A DNA stretch of 32,365 bases, from IMG/VR virus record IMGVR_UViG_3300004774_000001; one strand, given 5' to 3'. Under the pieces are notes generated by a model. It saw only the letters and a program-made list of their open reading frames with translations. It ran no database searches and was not told the origin of the DNA. This document shows, piece by piece, positions 23,999-32,365 of the stretch. The translations under genes were made by a program, and so were the position numbers. Each line of letters starts with the position of its first letter. The stretch's first letter is position 1. This stretch comes from an uncultured virus (IMG/VR IMGVR_UViG_3300004774_000001) (Duplodnaviria > Heunggongvirae > Uroviricota > Caudoviricetes).

Positions 23999-24988
23999 AT
24001 GAAATCACTACTCACCTTCCTACTGGCCCTAGCGTGCTCAGTAACCGCGTTGGGCCAGCCGCCCGTTAAGCATATGACCGGGGCAACACTCTCGCCTCGG
24101 TCGAAGTTGCTGAGCGCGAAACAGTTCCGCAACGTCATTCGAGACGTGACTCCACCTGACAACTACGTCACGATCTGCCCGTCCTACGACATGAGCGGGA
24201 ACGACCAGTACGGCATCTGCGTCTCCGCGGAAGAGGGCAACCACTGGCGGGCGTGGACAGCGGCCAACGGTTACCCGATGACCGACGTGGCCGGCAGTGA
24301 GGTCATTCGCTGGGCCAAGAAGCACGGGTTTCTGAACGGGGCTAACCTGACCGAGGTGATGGACACACTGAAGTCGGACGGCATGACGGACAAGAAGGGC
24401 GTGACCCACAAACTGAAGGACTACTTCTCGGTCGACTACACCAATCAGAGCGAGGTCAAGAGCGCACTGTTTACCTACAAGACACTGAACATCGCCATCG
24501 CCAGCGTGGGAGTTGATGACGCCCATTCGTCGAAAAATGGATGGATTCAACTGAATGGCCCCAAGAGTAGCCGCATTGATCATTGCGTGGGACTGCACGG
24601 ATACGGATCGCTGGCATGGCTCTGTACTCAGTTCAATGTGGGAGTTCCAGCCGGGGCAGACGGCACTCAGTTCTGCGTTGTGCTTTACACTTGGGGGTCA
24701 GTTGGTATCGTCAACTGGAAGAGTCTCCAGAACATGATGCTCGACTCAGAAGCGTGGGCGAGAGACCCTGGCGACGTTCCGTCCACGCCGTTCCCGACGC
24801 CTGGACCTGGACCATCACCGACGTTTCCTAGTCTGGCCGGTGCGTTGTTCGACGATGCCAACCAGCCGATCCGCGGCACGGTGACGCTGATTCTTACCGG
24901 GGCCGAGAAGCCCGGCTCCTACTCGTGGTTGATCCAGCGTGATGCGTCAGGCCAATACAGTCCGACGCCGAGGATCTTGACACCATGA
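23999..24988 (+). CDS. Secreted papain-like (C1-type) cysteine peptidase, candidate lysin
   Basis: Signal peptide; GNDQYGICV (Cys), DHCVGLHGY (His) and YTWG; Pro-rich tail. Confidence 0.72.
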   Translation: MKSLLTFLLALACSVTALGQPPVKHMTGATLSPRSKLLSAKQFRNVIRDVTPPDNYVTICPSYDMSGNDQYGICVSAEEGNHWRAWTAANGYPMTDVAGSEVIRWAKKHGFLNGANLTEVMDTLKSDGMTDKKGVTHKLKDYFSVDYTNQSEVKSALFTYKTLNIAIASVGVDDAHSSKNGWIQLNGPKSSRIDHCVGLHGYGSLAWLCTQFNVGVPAGADGTQFCVVLYTWGSVGIVNWKSLQNMMLDSEAWARDPGDVPSTPFPTPGPGPSPTFPSLAGALFDDANQPIRGTVTLILTGAEKPGSYSWLIQRDASGQYSPTPRILTP

Positions 24989-25266
24989 CAATGAACGAAA
25001 CTGATAAGCGAATCAAGTCACTTGGTCTGTTGGTGTCCGTGTTGGGCGACCACGGGGTATCGACGGCCGCAATCCCGCGGGCGTGCGACGTGCTGGCGAC
25101 ATGCTGGCGAGCCGGGGCCGATCACGATACGGCAATTGCCGTGCTGATCGCATCGCTTGAAGGCGACGTGGTACCTGACGGTTTGAGGAATGCGCTCCTG
25201 GCCAACTACCGCCCGCTGCTATATGGATGGTTGGGTGTTTCAAGTGGTAAGCAAGCTGTGAGGTGA
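24985..25266 (+). CDS. Hypothetical protein
   Basis: 93 aa, ATGA-coupled to the peptidase. Confidence 0.6.
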   Translation: MTMNETDKRIKSLGLLVSVLGDHGVSTAAIPRACDVLATCWRAGADHDTAIAVLIASLEGDVVPDGLRNALLANYRPLLYGWLGVSSGKQAVR

Positions 25267-25269
25267 GGC

Positions 25270-25461
25270 ATGTGCGAGATATTGTGTACGACGTTGCACC
25301 TAGACTACTGGCTGACAATCGTCGGCCTATTTGCGGGCGCATGGGGACTGCTCCGGCTGGAGTCTGGCCGGTGGTTCGTCCACGACAGCAATGCGTCGTG
25401 GGCATACAAGCCGGTTCCGGGCGTGTCGTGGGATGGGCAAGGGGTAGTGTCGCATGGATGA
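25270..25461 (+). CDS. Small membrane protein
   Basis: GAGGTG RBS; hydrophobic YWLTIVGLFAGAWGLL. Confidence 0.55.
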   Translation: MCEILCTTLHLDYWLTIVGLFAGAWGLLRLESGRWFVHDSNASWAYKPVPGVSWDGQGVVSHG

Positions 25462-25558
25462 ATTTACCCGTGCATTCCTCTGGTACTGGTTCCGGTGGCT
25501 TCTCGCTGTCGTTGTCGCCTCAGTGGCGATTGGTTTTTTTCTTGGCCGCGTGCTATGA
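25454..25558 (+). CDS. 34-aa single-pass membrane protein (not in the supplied ORF track)
   Basis: MDEFTRAFLWYWFRWLLAVVVASVAIGFFLGRVL*; overlaps the upstream stop. Confidence 0.55.
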   Translation: MDEFTRAFLWYWFRWLLAVVVASVAIGFFLGRVL

Positions 25559-25567
25559 GCTTGGCGA

Positions 25568-26056
25568 ATGGGCGGTGAAACATTGAACCCGATAAAACGA
25601 GATTCCGAACCGCGTTGGTTTATCAACATCCGTGCAGCGCTTGAGCTGTTTAACCGCTACGGGTTCCCGCTCGTCGTCGCGACGCTCACGGTCGTTGGCT
25701 TGGTGGTGTCGGCTATCTATTTCGCACCGTCGGTCAAACTGTACATCGACACCCAAGCAAACGCGATGCAAGTATTGGTCGACCGCGTAGAGGAAAACAC
25801 GGTAGTGCTCGATAGGGCAATGGAACTAATGGAGCCCGTGGCGCGCGAAAGGTCTACACAAACCGAAATCCTCCACGTCCACACGAAATTACTGCAGGGA
25901 ATCAAAGAAGGAGTTGATAGCAATGGCGACGGAATCAAATCGCACAACAAGTCGAGCGGCGTGCCGACTCGCGACGAGTACGAGCGACTTCAGAGACGAA
26001 TCCAGGAGATTGGAGACGGCAAGACCGAAACGACCAGCGGCCGAGTTCAGCCGTGA
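25568..26056 (+). CDS. Membrane protein, holin-like (one TM segment plus coiled coil)
   Basis: RYGFPLVVATLTVVGLVVSAIYF TM segment followed by a helical domain; sits in the putative lysis cluster. Confidence 0.55.
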   Translation: MGGETLNPIKRDSEPRWFINIRAALELFNRYGFPLVVATLTVVGLVVSAIYFAPSVKLYIDTQANAMQVLVDRVEENTVVLDRAMELMEPVARERSTQTEILHVHTKLLQGIKEGVDSNGDGIKSHNKSSGVPTRDEYERLQRRIQEIGDGKTETTSGRVQP

Positions 26057-26285
26057 GGAGTACGCCGCATGGCGTGCTGTCATCAAGGCGAAATTCATTG
26101 GCTCGAAAGCCGCTCCGCCGCGGGCGCCGGCATTCGGGAAAAAGGGCTACGCTGAGTGGTATGCGTGGGCGCAGGCATATCAGTTAGTGTCGTCCATGCA
26201 GTCGATGTATGATTGGTATCGAGCGGACTGCGTAGCGAAGGAAGCGGCCTACTGGCGAGCCGTTGGCGGGCCGATGACCGCATAG
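25914..26285 (+). CDS. Hypothetical protein (start uncertain, probably further downstream)
   Basis: Open frame; the protein-like part is FSREEYAAWR...AYWRAVGGPMTA. Confidence 0.45.
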   Translation: MIAMATESNRTTSRAACRLATSTSDFRDESRRLETARPKRPAAEFSREEYAAWRAVIKAKFIGSKAAPPRAPAFGKKGYAEWYAWAQAYQLVSSMQSMYDWYRADCVAKEAAYWRAVGGPMTA

Positions 26286-26323
26286 GACTAATACGGACGG
26301 GAGACGCTCCGGCGTGTGGATAA

Positions 26324-26557
26324 ATGGACTGCCACGGGAAAATAGGTCCGGTTTGCGTACTGCTCAATATCATGGCGATTCCGGCAGGGCACCCAGGCGG
26401 GCCGACGGATGTGTCGCTGTGGTACGCGGGCGAAGTCGGCCTGTGGTATGCCGCGTATAAAGTGGGCGAGCACAGGTACGAGAGCCGGGGGCGCGTAGAG
26501 GCGTTTGAGGCGATTAAATTCTGTCTCGACGCGGAGAAGGCAGGGAAGCCCGCATGA
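26324..26557 (+). CDS. Hypothetical protein
   Basis: 77-aa ORF filling the gap; start uncertain. Confidence 0.4.
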   Translation: MDCHGKIGPVCVLLNIMAIPAGHPGGPTDVSLWYAGEVGLWYAAYKVGEHRYESRGRVEAFEAIKFCLDAEKAGKPA

Positions 26558-26626
26558 TTCGACTCGTGCTCGCAGTGGCGATCGCGCAGATCGCATGGTG
26601 GTTGCTTTTTGACAGGGATTGACGAA

Positions 26627-27724
26627 ATGAGCGTACTAACTTGGCTACACGACCGATTGGCTAACCTCGCGTGGACGACTTCCGGCCACACGGGGGCCGC
26701 GTCGAAAGTGGCCGGGTTTGGAGCTACTGGAGAGGCAGTTGAAAAGACTGCTGGCACCGACTACTCACCGGCAGTGGCCACTCAGGATGCGGCACCATCG
26801 ACGCCTGTGAATGGTCAGATTTGGCTCGACACCGATGCTGCGCCAGCGATGGCTACTGGTCCTATTGTTTCGTCGGGGCTAACAATGGCTACGGCGAAAG
26901 TGCTGGGACGGGCTACGGCTGGCGCTGGTGCGATTGAAGAACTGTCTACTCTGCCTGCTATTGACGGGAGCGGGCTGACTGAGATCGGACGACTTCCGAC
27001 ACGCAACGCGACCCAGAAAACGTCGTCATTCACGGCCGCGAAAAACCAACTGTACTCGATCACCCTCGCGGCCAACGCGGCTATTGCCGTCACCTTCCCC
27101 GCGACGCCAGCGGCAGGGGACCGATTCGGATATCGAATCGAAGTGGCACATTCAGCGCACACCTACGCTTCAAAGCCGGTCACAGGTACGAGATGCTGCG
27201 GATCGACTGACGACACGGTAAACGGCAAATGGTGGCTGTTCATCGCTGGCGAGCAACTCGTCTGGGAGTACGACGGTGCGACGTGGTGGCCAGTTGTGGA
27301 CGGCAGGATTCCGCACGTGGCGGCGTTGTATAAATCGACGAACCAAACAACAAACTCCGCAGGCGTTTACACTAGGATGCCCTACGATACAGTGATCGTC
27401 GACAACGCGCACCTGACCACTACGGGGGAATCCGCTGTGATCACGATTAGGCGAGTGGGCGATTATCGAGCCTCGTATGGCGCAGGAAATGTGACGGCTT
27501 TAGCGTTGGGTAGTTTCTATTCTCGTATCCTCGCCGGCGCGCAGCAGTTCGGGCGAATGCAAATGCTTATCGCCAACGGCAACGTCAGTACCCACGTTGC
27601 TCCATTGATGCTGTCGCAGCCAGCGGGGACGGCGATTCAGGGGCAGTTTGCTTCGGATCAGGCTAACTATGGGTCGTTAGGTGCCGTAGAGTATGCGCTA
27701 GGAATCGTGGAGGTTTTGCGATGA
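26627..27724 (+). CDS. Tail fibre / receptor-binding protein with a C-terminal C1q-like beta domain
   Basis: Ala/Thr/Gly-rich; PSTPVNGQIWLDTD; VTFPATPAAGDRF; C-terminal STNQTT...MPYDTVIVDN...ITIRRVGDY. Confidence 0.7.
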   Translation: MSVLTWLHDRLANLAWTTSGHTGAASKVAGFGATGEAVEKTAGTDYSPAVATQDAAPSTPVNGQIWLDTDAAPAMATGPIVSSGLTMATAKVLGRATAGAGAIEELSTLPAIDGSGLTEIGRLPTRNATQKTSSFTAAKNQLYSITLAANAAIAVTFPATPAAGDRFGYRIEVAHSAHTYASKPVTGTRCCGSTDDTVNGKWWLFIAGEQLVWEYDGATWWPVVDGRIPHVAALYKSTNQTTNSAGVYTRMPYDTVIVDNAHLTTTGESAVITIRRVGDYRASYGAGNVTALALGSFYSRILAGAQQFGRMQMLIANGNVSTHVAPLMLSQPAGTAIQGQFASDQANYGSLGAVEYALGIVEVLR

Positions 27725-28155
27725 TCACCGACACGCTACGATTCCTATTTCCGTCTTCCGCATCAGCATGGGAACTTGTCGACGACGACGCTCGCGGCCC
27801 GCGAATTGCGAAATGGAACCTCCCAGATCCGCAGCCGACGCCGGAACAGTTGGAGAAAATTGAAGCGTCGCCCGAGTTTCAGGCGTGGCTGGCAGCGAGG
27901 GAGAAAGCGGCGAAGGTCGCGGAGATCAAGCAGGCAGCTGCAGTCGAGATTACCGCCAAGTACCCAATCACAGCACAGATCAACGCCATAGCAGAATCAC
28001 TAGAGGCCATCGCCAGAGCGACTGGACTGTTAGAGAAGATCGACGCACTTCCAATTTCGGAAGAGCAAAAAGCAGTGATTATAGCCGGGCTGCAGATGAA
28101 GTCTGAGATCAAAAAGATTCGCGAGGCCAGCGACGAGGCGGAGAAGAAACTCTGA
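27721..28155 (+). CDS. XkdW-like tail fibre-associated protein (chaperone-like)
   Basis: LRFLFP...WELVDD..GPRIAKWNLPDPQPTPEQL pattern; directly follows a fibre gene. Confidence 0.7.
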   Translation: MITDTLRFLFPSSASAWELVDDDARGPRIAKWNLPDPQPTPEQLEKIEASPEFQAWLAAREKAAKVAEIKQAAAVEITAKYPITAQINAIAESLEAIARATGLLEKIDALPISEEQKAVIIAGLQMKSEIKKIREASDEAEKKL

Positions 28156-29441
28156 TGGCAGTTCTAAAAGTCTGGAACAACTCGCTCGGTGCTTGGGTTG
28201 AGATTGGAGGCAATCCGACCGGCTTAGCAACAGCGTCTGGACTGACAGTATCCGCTACGTCACGAGTGCTGGGTCGTAAATCGGCTGGTGCTGGTGCGAT
28301 TGAGGAGCTGACTATCGGAACGGACCTGCTCGCGCCGAGCGGCGATGGGAGCGCGTTGACGGGGATTCCACCCGCTCAGATTCTTGCTGGCGGTCGGTTG
28401 ACGCTCGAAAGCGGCGTGTCGGTTTCGACGACCGATCAGACTGCTAAGACCGTCGTCTATTACACGCCTCACGTTCACGACCAGATTGGCATCTACACGG
28501 GCTCCGTTTGGGTGGCTCGGGCGTTCGCAGAGATTTCAATCGCGCTGACCAAGGTGACCAACGGCACGCTCACTAATGGGGCCGTCGGCGTTACCGGAAT
28601 ATCCTCGACGACTCAGCTTGTCGCTGGGATGGAGGTCACGGGAACCGGGATCGCAGGCGGAACGACGATTTCCAGCGTGACCGGCGCGACGACGATCAAT
28701 CTCTCGGCCAACGCGACGGCCGACGGCGCGCAGTCACTCACGTTCAAAATCCCGGCGTCAAAGTTGGTCGACATTTACGCGACGTGGACCGGGGCAGCGG
28801 TAGAACTGGTGTTTGGGCCGCTGTGGACGAATACGACAACGCGAGCCACGGCGATCGCGCAGCAAAATGGCGTCTGGGTGCAGAGCGGCACTGCGACGCG
28901 GAGACTGCTGGGGACCGTTGGCACGACGACCACGGCGGGGCAGACAGACGACGCAAAGGGGAGTGGTGCAACTCCGGGGTCAAGGCTGGTAGCGAATGTA
29001 GTAACCGTGCCGCGTCCGATTCACGCCTGCCCGGCATACGCCAACGATAACGCTGGGCAATCCTATAGCGTGACGGCAACTACTTGTGCGGCGGTAAATG
29101 GGGGCACAAACGCAACCGCTTCATGGGTTGTATCGGTCGTAGGATCAATCACAGGTGGCGCTAGGATATATGCTACCAATCCCGCCGTGGTAGTTCTGAT
29201 AGGTGGCATCGGAATCGACACAACAACGTCAATCGACAGGGAGGGTATTTCGCAACCTGCGAGTGGTACGAATTCGATTTCCGTGCCCGTTGATTTGGCG
29301 GTCGGCCCTGGGCTGCACACGGCTTCGATTTGCGCGTATATGTCGGGCGCTGGTACGGCAACTGTATATGCCGACGACTTGCGGCGCGGGCATTCTGCGG
29401 ATCCCTATGTGACGTACCTTTCAGCGACGGTGGGGACATGA
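28155..29441 (+). CDS. Second tail fibre / receptor-binding protein
   Basis: Thr/Gly/Ala-rich; GGRLTLESGVSVSTTD..KTVVYYTP and LVAGMEVTGTGIAGGTTI motifs; shares an N-terminal block with the first fibre. Confidence 0.7.
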   Translation: MAVLKVWNNSLGAWVEIGGNPTGLATASGLTVSATSRVLGRKSAGAGAIEELTIGTDLLAPSGDGSALTGIPPAQILAGGRLTLESGVSVSTTDQTAKTVVYYTPHVHDQIGIYTGSVWVARAFAEISIALTKVTNGTLTNGAVGVTGISSTTQLVAGMEVTGTGIAGGTTISSVTGATTINLSANATADGAQSLTFKIPASKLVDIYATWTGAAVELVFGPLWTNTTTRATAIAQQNGVWVQSGTATRRLLGTVGTTTTAGQTDDAKGSGATPGSRLVANVVTVPRPIHACPAYANDNAGQSYSVTATTCAAVNGGTNATASWVVSVVGSITGGARIYATNPAVVVLIGGIGIDTTTSIDREGISQPASGTNSISVPVDLAVGPGLHTASICAYMSGAGTATVYADDLRRGHSADPYVTYLSATVGT

Positions 29442-29818
29442 ATTTAACGCGAGCTTCAGCCATGCTGCGATCTATCGGGCTACCTCCAGGTGAATGCGTC
29501 CGGTCCGATGGGACTGCCTCGTGGCCGGATTCATGGACGCCAGAGCAACGGGCGGCGGCACAATCGGCACTGCTCGCGTTCGACGATTCTCCCGCCGCGC
29601 AAGCCGCATGGCAACGCTCCCAATCCCTGGAGGCCGCAACCGTGATCGTGGAAACCATCGACGACACGGACGATCCCGTGCTGCTGGCGATTCGCGAATT
29701 AGTGCTTGTGCTGATGGAGGAGATCCAGGGAATCAAGGGTGGCAAGCCCAAGGAATCGAAAACCTGGGACGCGCATAAAAAGGCGACCGCCGAAAGACTC
29801 CGGGCAAAGAAGGCGTAA
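29438..29818 (+). CDS. Tail fibre-associated small protein
   Basis: ATGA-coupled; TPEQRAAAQSALLAFD pattern, in the same position as the XkdW-like gene relative to its fibre. Confidence 0.6.
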   Translation: MNLTRASAMLRSIGLPPGECVRSDGTASWPDSWTPEQRAAAQSALLAFDDSPAAQAAWQRSQSLEAATVIVETIDDTDDPVLLAIRELVLVLMEEIQGIKGGKPKESKTWDAHKKATAERLRAKKA

Positions 29819-29819
29819 C

Positions 29820-32030
29820 ATGGCAACCGAGACAATCGAGTTCAAATACACGAGCCTTCTGACGCTGACCGCGGTCTGCTATCCGCAGGGCAACGACACG
29901 GCCATTCACGCCGCCGCCAACTGCACTGAGGCGACGAACCGCAAGGGCATTTACACGTTCACGAACACGACAGGGGAGACGGGGCTACACGACGTAATCG
30001 TGCTGAGCGGATCAACGCCGGTTCTCTCGTGCGTCGTGCGGTTGACGGGATTGGCTGTCACGACGCGGGAGGAAATCGGGAAGATTTCTGCGTACTATGG
30101 GGATACGCCGCAGACTGCCGACAACAACGTGATCCTGAGCAACGCCACCTACGGAAACGCTGCGCTCAAAACGGCAATCGAGGCGGTCAACACAGCCGTG
30201 ACCGCAGGCGTGGCGGCATCCCTCACGGCGACGGCAGACCGATACGTTACCGACGCCAGCGCGAACCGCGTCAATTCGTACACGGCGACTTTTTTGTCGA
30301 ACGGCACCAACTGGATTACCGGGCCAACTACGCCCGCGGTGGCGGAGGCTGGAGCGAGCGGGGCAACGGCCGGCTCTCCCTTCTGGCTCAACGTGGGGCT
30401 GCTGTTCGTCGCCGGTTCGAACCAGTACATCAACAGCGTGACCATCCGCGGATTCTTCTCCGCAGGGTCGGCGAGAAACGTCAACGTCTATGCCTACAAC
30501 TACGTGACGAAAACGCAGGACCAATTGAGCGACGCCACCACGAGGATGGCGACGGCGACAACGAACCAGACGTACACCTACACGCTCCTGTCGGCGCACC
30601 AGAAGAGCACGGCAGCGGTGGCCACGACGTCGGCGGGGAGTAACTTTGTCGGCGTGACCACGACCTGCACGGCGAGCGTTACCGGCCACGGATTCGTAAC
30701 CGGGGATATAGTCACGATCAGCGGCATTACAACGCTCACGAACGCCAACGGCGTGTTCGTGGTCACCCGCGTGAACGACAACCAGTTCACCTACCCGATT
30801 CTCTCCCAGACGGCGACGGGCGGCGGAACGGCGTATATGACAACGGACGCAATCGGCTCCGTCCGCATCGTGTTCAAAGAGGGGACCACGAGCACCTACA
30901 CCGCTGGCGACCGACTGAATATTGACCAGTGCATCGTCAACGTGGCGAGCGCTGGCCCGAGCGCGGCTGACATCGCAGCGGCGGTGAAGGCGACCTCGAT
31001 CAATCAGTATTACCCAGAGGGAATTTTCATCGACACGACTGGGGCCGGCGTGGCGGGTACGGTCCCCGGAACGAACGGGGTGCGAACAAATCCAGTCTCA
31101 ACCTACGCGGACGCCATGACGTTGGCGGGGATTTTAAACCTGCGTATTCTGCATCTGAAGCCGGGAACGACGATCACGCTCACGCAGAATCATGTCGGTT
31201 GGAGATTCGTTGGCGGAGCGATCAACTTAGGGGCGTCGAACTACTCAATCGAGGACTGCATTTTCGACAACTGTTACGACGTCTACGGGACATCGACCGG
31301 GGCTGACGCATGGTTTAGCGGGGGAGGCGTGGCGGGTGGCGGAACGCTGACGATTGACGCTGGGTACATGGTCGGCACGCTGATCCGCGGCAAGGTCCAA
31401 CTGATCGCCAACGCGGAAAGTCATCGGTTCATTTCCTGCAAGGACGCTTCCGGGATCGCTGCTGAATGCGAAATCTCGTCAGTGGCCAATTGTTCCGCCC
31501 TGATTCGAGATTTCCACGGGGCAGTAAAACTGACCAATATGGCCGCGACCAGCAGCGCGGTCATCGACGGAAACTGCCGGGTGAATATCGACCCAACGAG
31601 CTACGCTAGCGGGGCATCAATCACCCTGCGAGGATTCGCGGATCTGCCGACCAATGCGGCAGCGTTCCAGTCGGCTGGCGGAGTGCTGACACAGACGGCA
31701 CGGTTTGCTACGGATCAGAACGTAGGCATCGACTGGGCTAACGTGAGCGGGAAAACGAGCACGGTGGCACTGACGAACACGAGCATCAATGACGTGAGTA
31801 CCAAGACCGGATTCAAGCTGGCCAGTGATGGCCTGGATACAGTCTCAATAACCGCCCCTGCCGGCGTTGCGAGCAACTTTCGGGAAATGCTCGTCGCCGT
31901 GTGGCGTAGATTCTTCAAACGCGTAACCAAAGATACCACCATTAAGACCTACGCTGACAACGGATCGACGGTGTTGACGACACAGTCCGTCACTGAGGAT
32001 GTAACCGAGGAAGTCGGCAGTGCGACATGA
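29820..32030 (+). CDS. Large Thr/Ala/Gly-rich virion structural or adhesin protein
   Basis: 736 aa from ATG 29820; GHGFVTGDIVTISG...NGVFVVTRVNDNQFTY beta-barrel motif; GT..NPVSTYADA followed by a beta-helix-like region. Confidence 0.7.
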   Translation: MATETIEFKYTSLLTLTAVCYPQGNDTAIHAAANCTEATNRKGIYTFTNTTGETGLHDVIVLSGSTPVLSCVVRLTGLAVTTREEIGKISAYYGDTPQTADNNVILSNATYGNAALKTAIEAVNTAVTAGVAASLTATADRYVTDASANRVNSYTATFLSNGTNWITGPTTPAVAEAGASGATAGSPFWLNVGLLFVAGSNQYINSVTIRGFFSAGSARNVNVYAYNYVTKTQDQLSDATTRMATATTNQTYTYTLLSAHQKSTAAVATTSAGSNFVGVTTTCTASVTGHGFVTGDIVTISGITTLTNANGVFVVTRVNDNQFTYPILSQTATGGGTAYMTTDAIGSVRIVFKEGTTSTYTAGDRLNIDQCIVNVASAGPSAADIAAAVKATSINQYYPEGIFIDTTGAGVAGTVPGTNGVRTNPVSTYADAMTLAGILNLRILHLKPGTTITLTQNHVGWRFVGGAINLGASNYSIEDCIFDNCYDVYGTSTGADAWFSGGGVAGGGTLTIDAGYMVGTLIRGKVQLIANAESHRFISCKDASGIAAECEISSVANCSALIRDFHGAVKLTNMAATSSAVIDGNCRVNIDPTSYASGASITLRGFADLPTNAAAFQSAGGVLTQTARFATDQNVGIDWANVSGKTSTVALTNTSINDVSTKTGFKLASDGLDTVSITAPAGVASNFREMLVAVWRRFFKRVTKDTTIKTYADNGSTVLTTQSVTEDVTEEVGSAT

Positions 32031-32365
32031 TTTCTATCGCACAAATAATCGTAATCGCCCCGCCATTTTATTTGACGGATGGGGAGACTAGCAGTAGCTC
32101 GAGTTCAACTTCGAGTAGCAGCTCAAGTTCGACCAGTAGTTCAACCTCGAGTAGCCAAAGCTCAGAGAGTAGCCAAAGCTCAGAGAGTAGCTCAAGTTCA
32201 AGTAGCAGCTCAAGTTCAAGTAGCAGCTCAAGTTCGAGCAGCTCTAGTTCAAGTAGCAGCTTAAGTTCGACCAGTAGTTCAACTTCGAGTAGCAGCTCAA
32301 GTTCGAGCAGCTCAAGTTCGAGCAGCTCAAGTTCGAGCAGCTCTAGTTCAAGTAGCAGCTTAAGT
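32027..32365 (+). CDS. Poly-serine protein, 3'-truncated by the window
   Basis: ATGA-coupled; MISIAQIIVIAPPFYLTDGET followed by about 90 codons that are almost all Ser; the frame is open to the window end. Confidence 0.8.
   Translation, partial: MISIAQIIVIAPPFYLTDGETSSSSSSTSSSSSSSTSSSTSSSQSSESSQSSESSSSSSSSSSSSSSSSSSSSSSSSSLSSTSSSTSSSSSSSSSSSSSSSSSSSSSSSSSLS
32089..32365 (+). repeat. Low-complexity serine-codon repeats (15-18 bp units such as AGCAGCTCAAGTTCG)
   Basis: Imperfect tandem units with no unique spacers. Confidence 0.9.

Noticed and set aside
25263..25586. Listed 107-aa ORF
   Set aside because: Two smaller membrane ORFs (25270-25461 with an RBS, and 25454-25558) explain the region better.
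26627..32030. Diversity-generating retroelement or invertase shufflon acting on the fibres
   Set aside because: No reverse transcriptase or recombinase is in the window. I saw no long near-identical repeat pair with adenine-specific differences, and the cassettes are in direct orientation.
32079..32264. Listed 61-aa ORF (VAAQVQ repeats)
   Set aside because: It is an alternative-frame shadow of the poly-Ser gene, which has a coupled start at 32027.
32089..32365. Possible CRISPR array or telomere-like repeat
   Set aside because: The units are imperfect, have no unique spacers and are all multiples of 3 nt, so a poly-Ser coding frame explains them.

Overview
The window is a continuous, single-strand (+) segment of a tailed dsDNA phage or prophage genome, with tightly coupled genes (many ATGA/GTGA overlaps). 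From left to right it holds five blocks. (1) The end of an HEXXH metallopeptidase-like ORF and a small Cys/His protein. (2) A probable 7-deazaguanine base-modification cluster: a phosphoribosyltransferase-FolE fusion, two tandem TGT/DpdA-like transglycosylases and a nitrilase-family hydrolase, with a beta-clamp-like gene among them. (3) A replication/recombination module: a family A DNA polymerase split into UDG+3'-5' exonuclease and polymerase genes around a MazG-like NTP pyrophosphatase, an acidic microprotein, a DnaX-like clamp loader, UvsY-like, gp32-like SSB, an aberrant 120-nt tRNA-Leu-like RNA, RecA/UvsX, 5'-3' exonuclease, an internally deleted thyX, a Holliday junction resolvase, and a split SbcC/Rad50 with SbcD/Mre11. 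(4) Terminase small and large subunits with non-canonical motifs. (5) A secreted papain-like peptidase and membrane proteins (possible lysis cassette), tail fibre/chaperone pairs and the start of a poly-serine protein. All calls come from motif recognition by eye; no database searches were run. The best candidate for a new system is the PRT-FolE / double TGT / nitrilase cluster.
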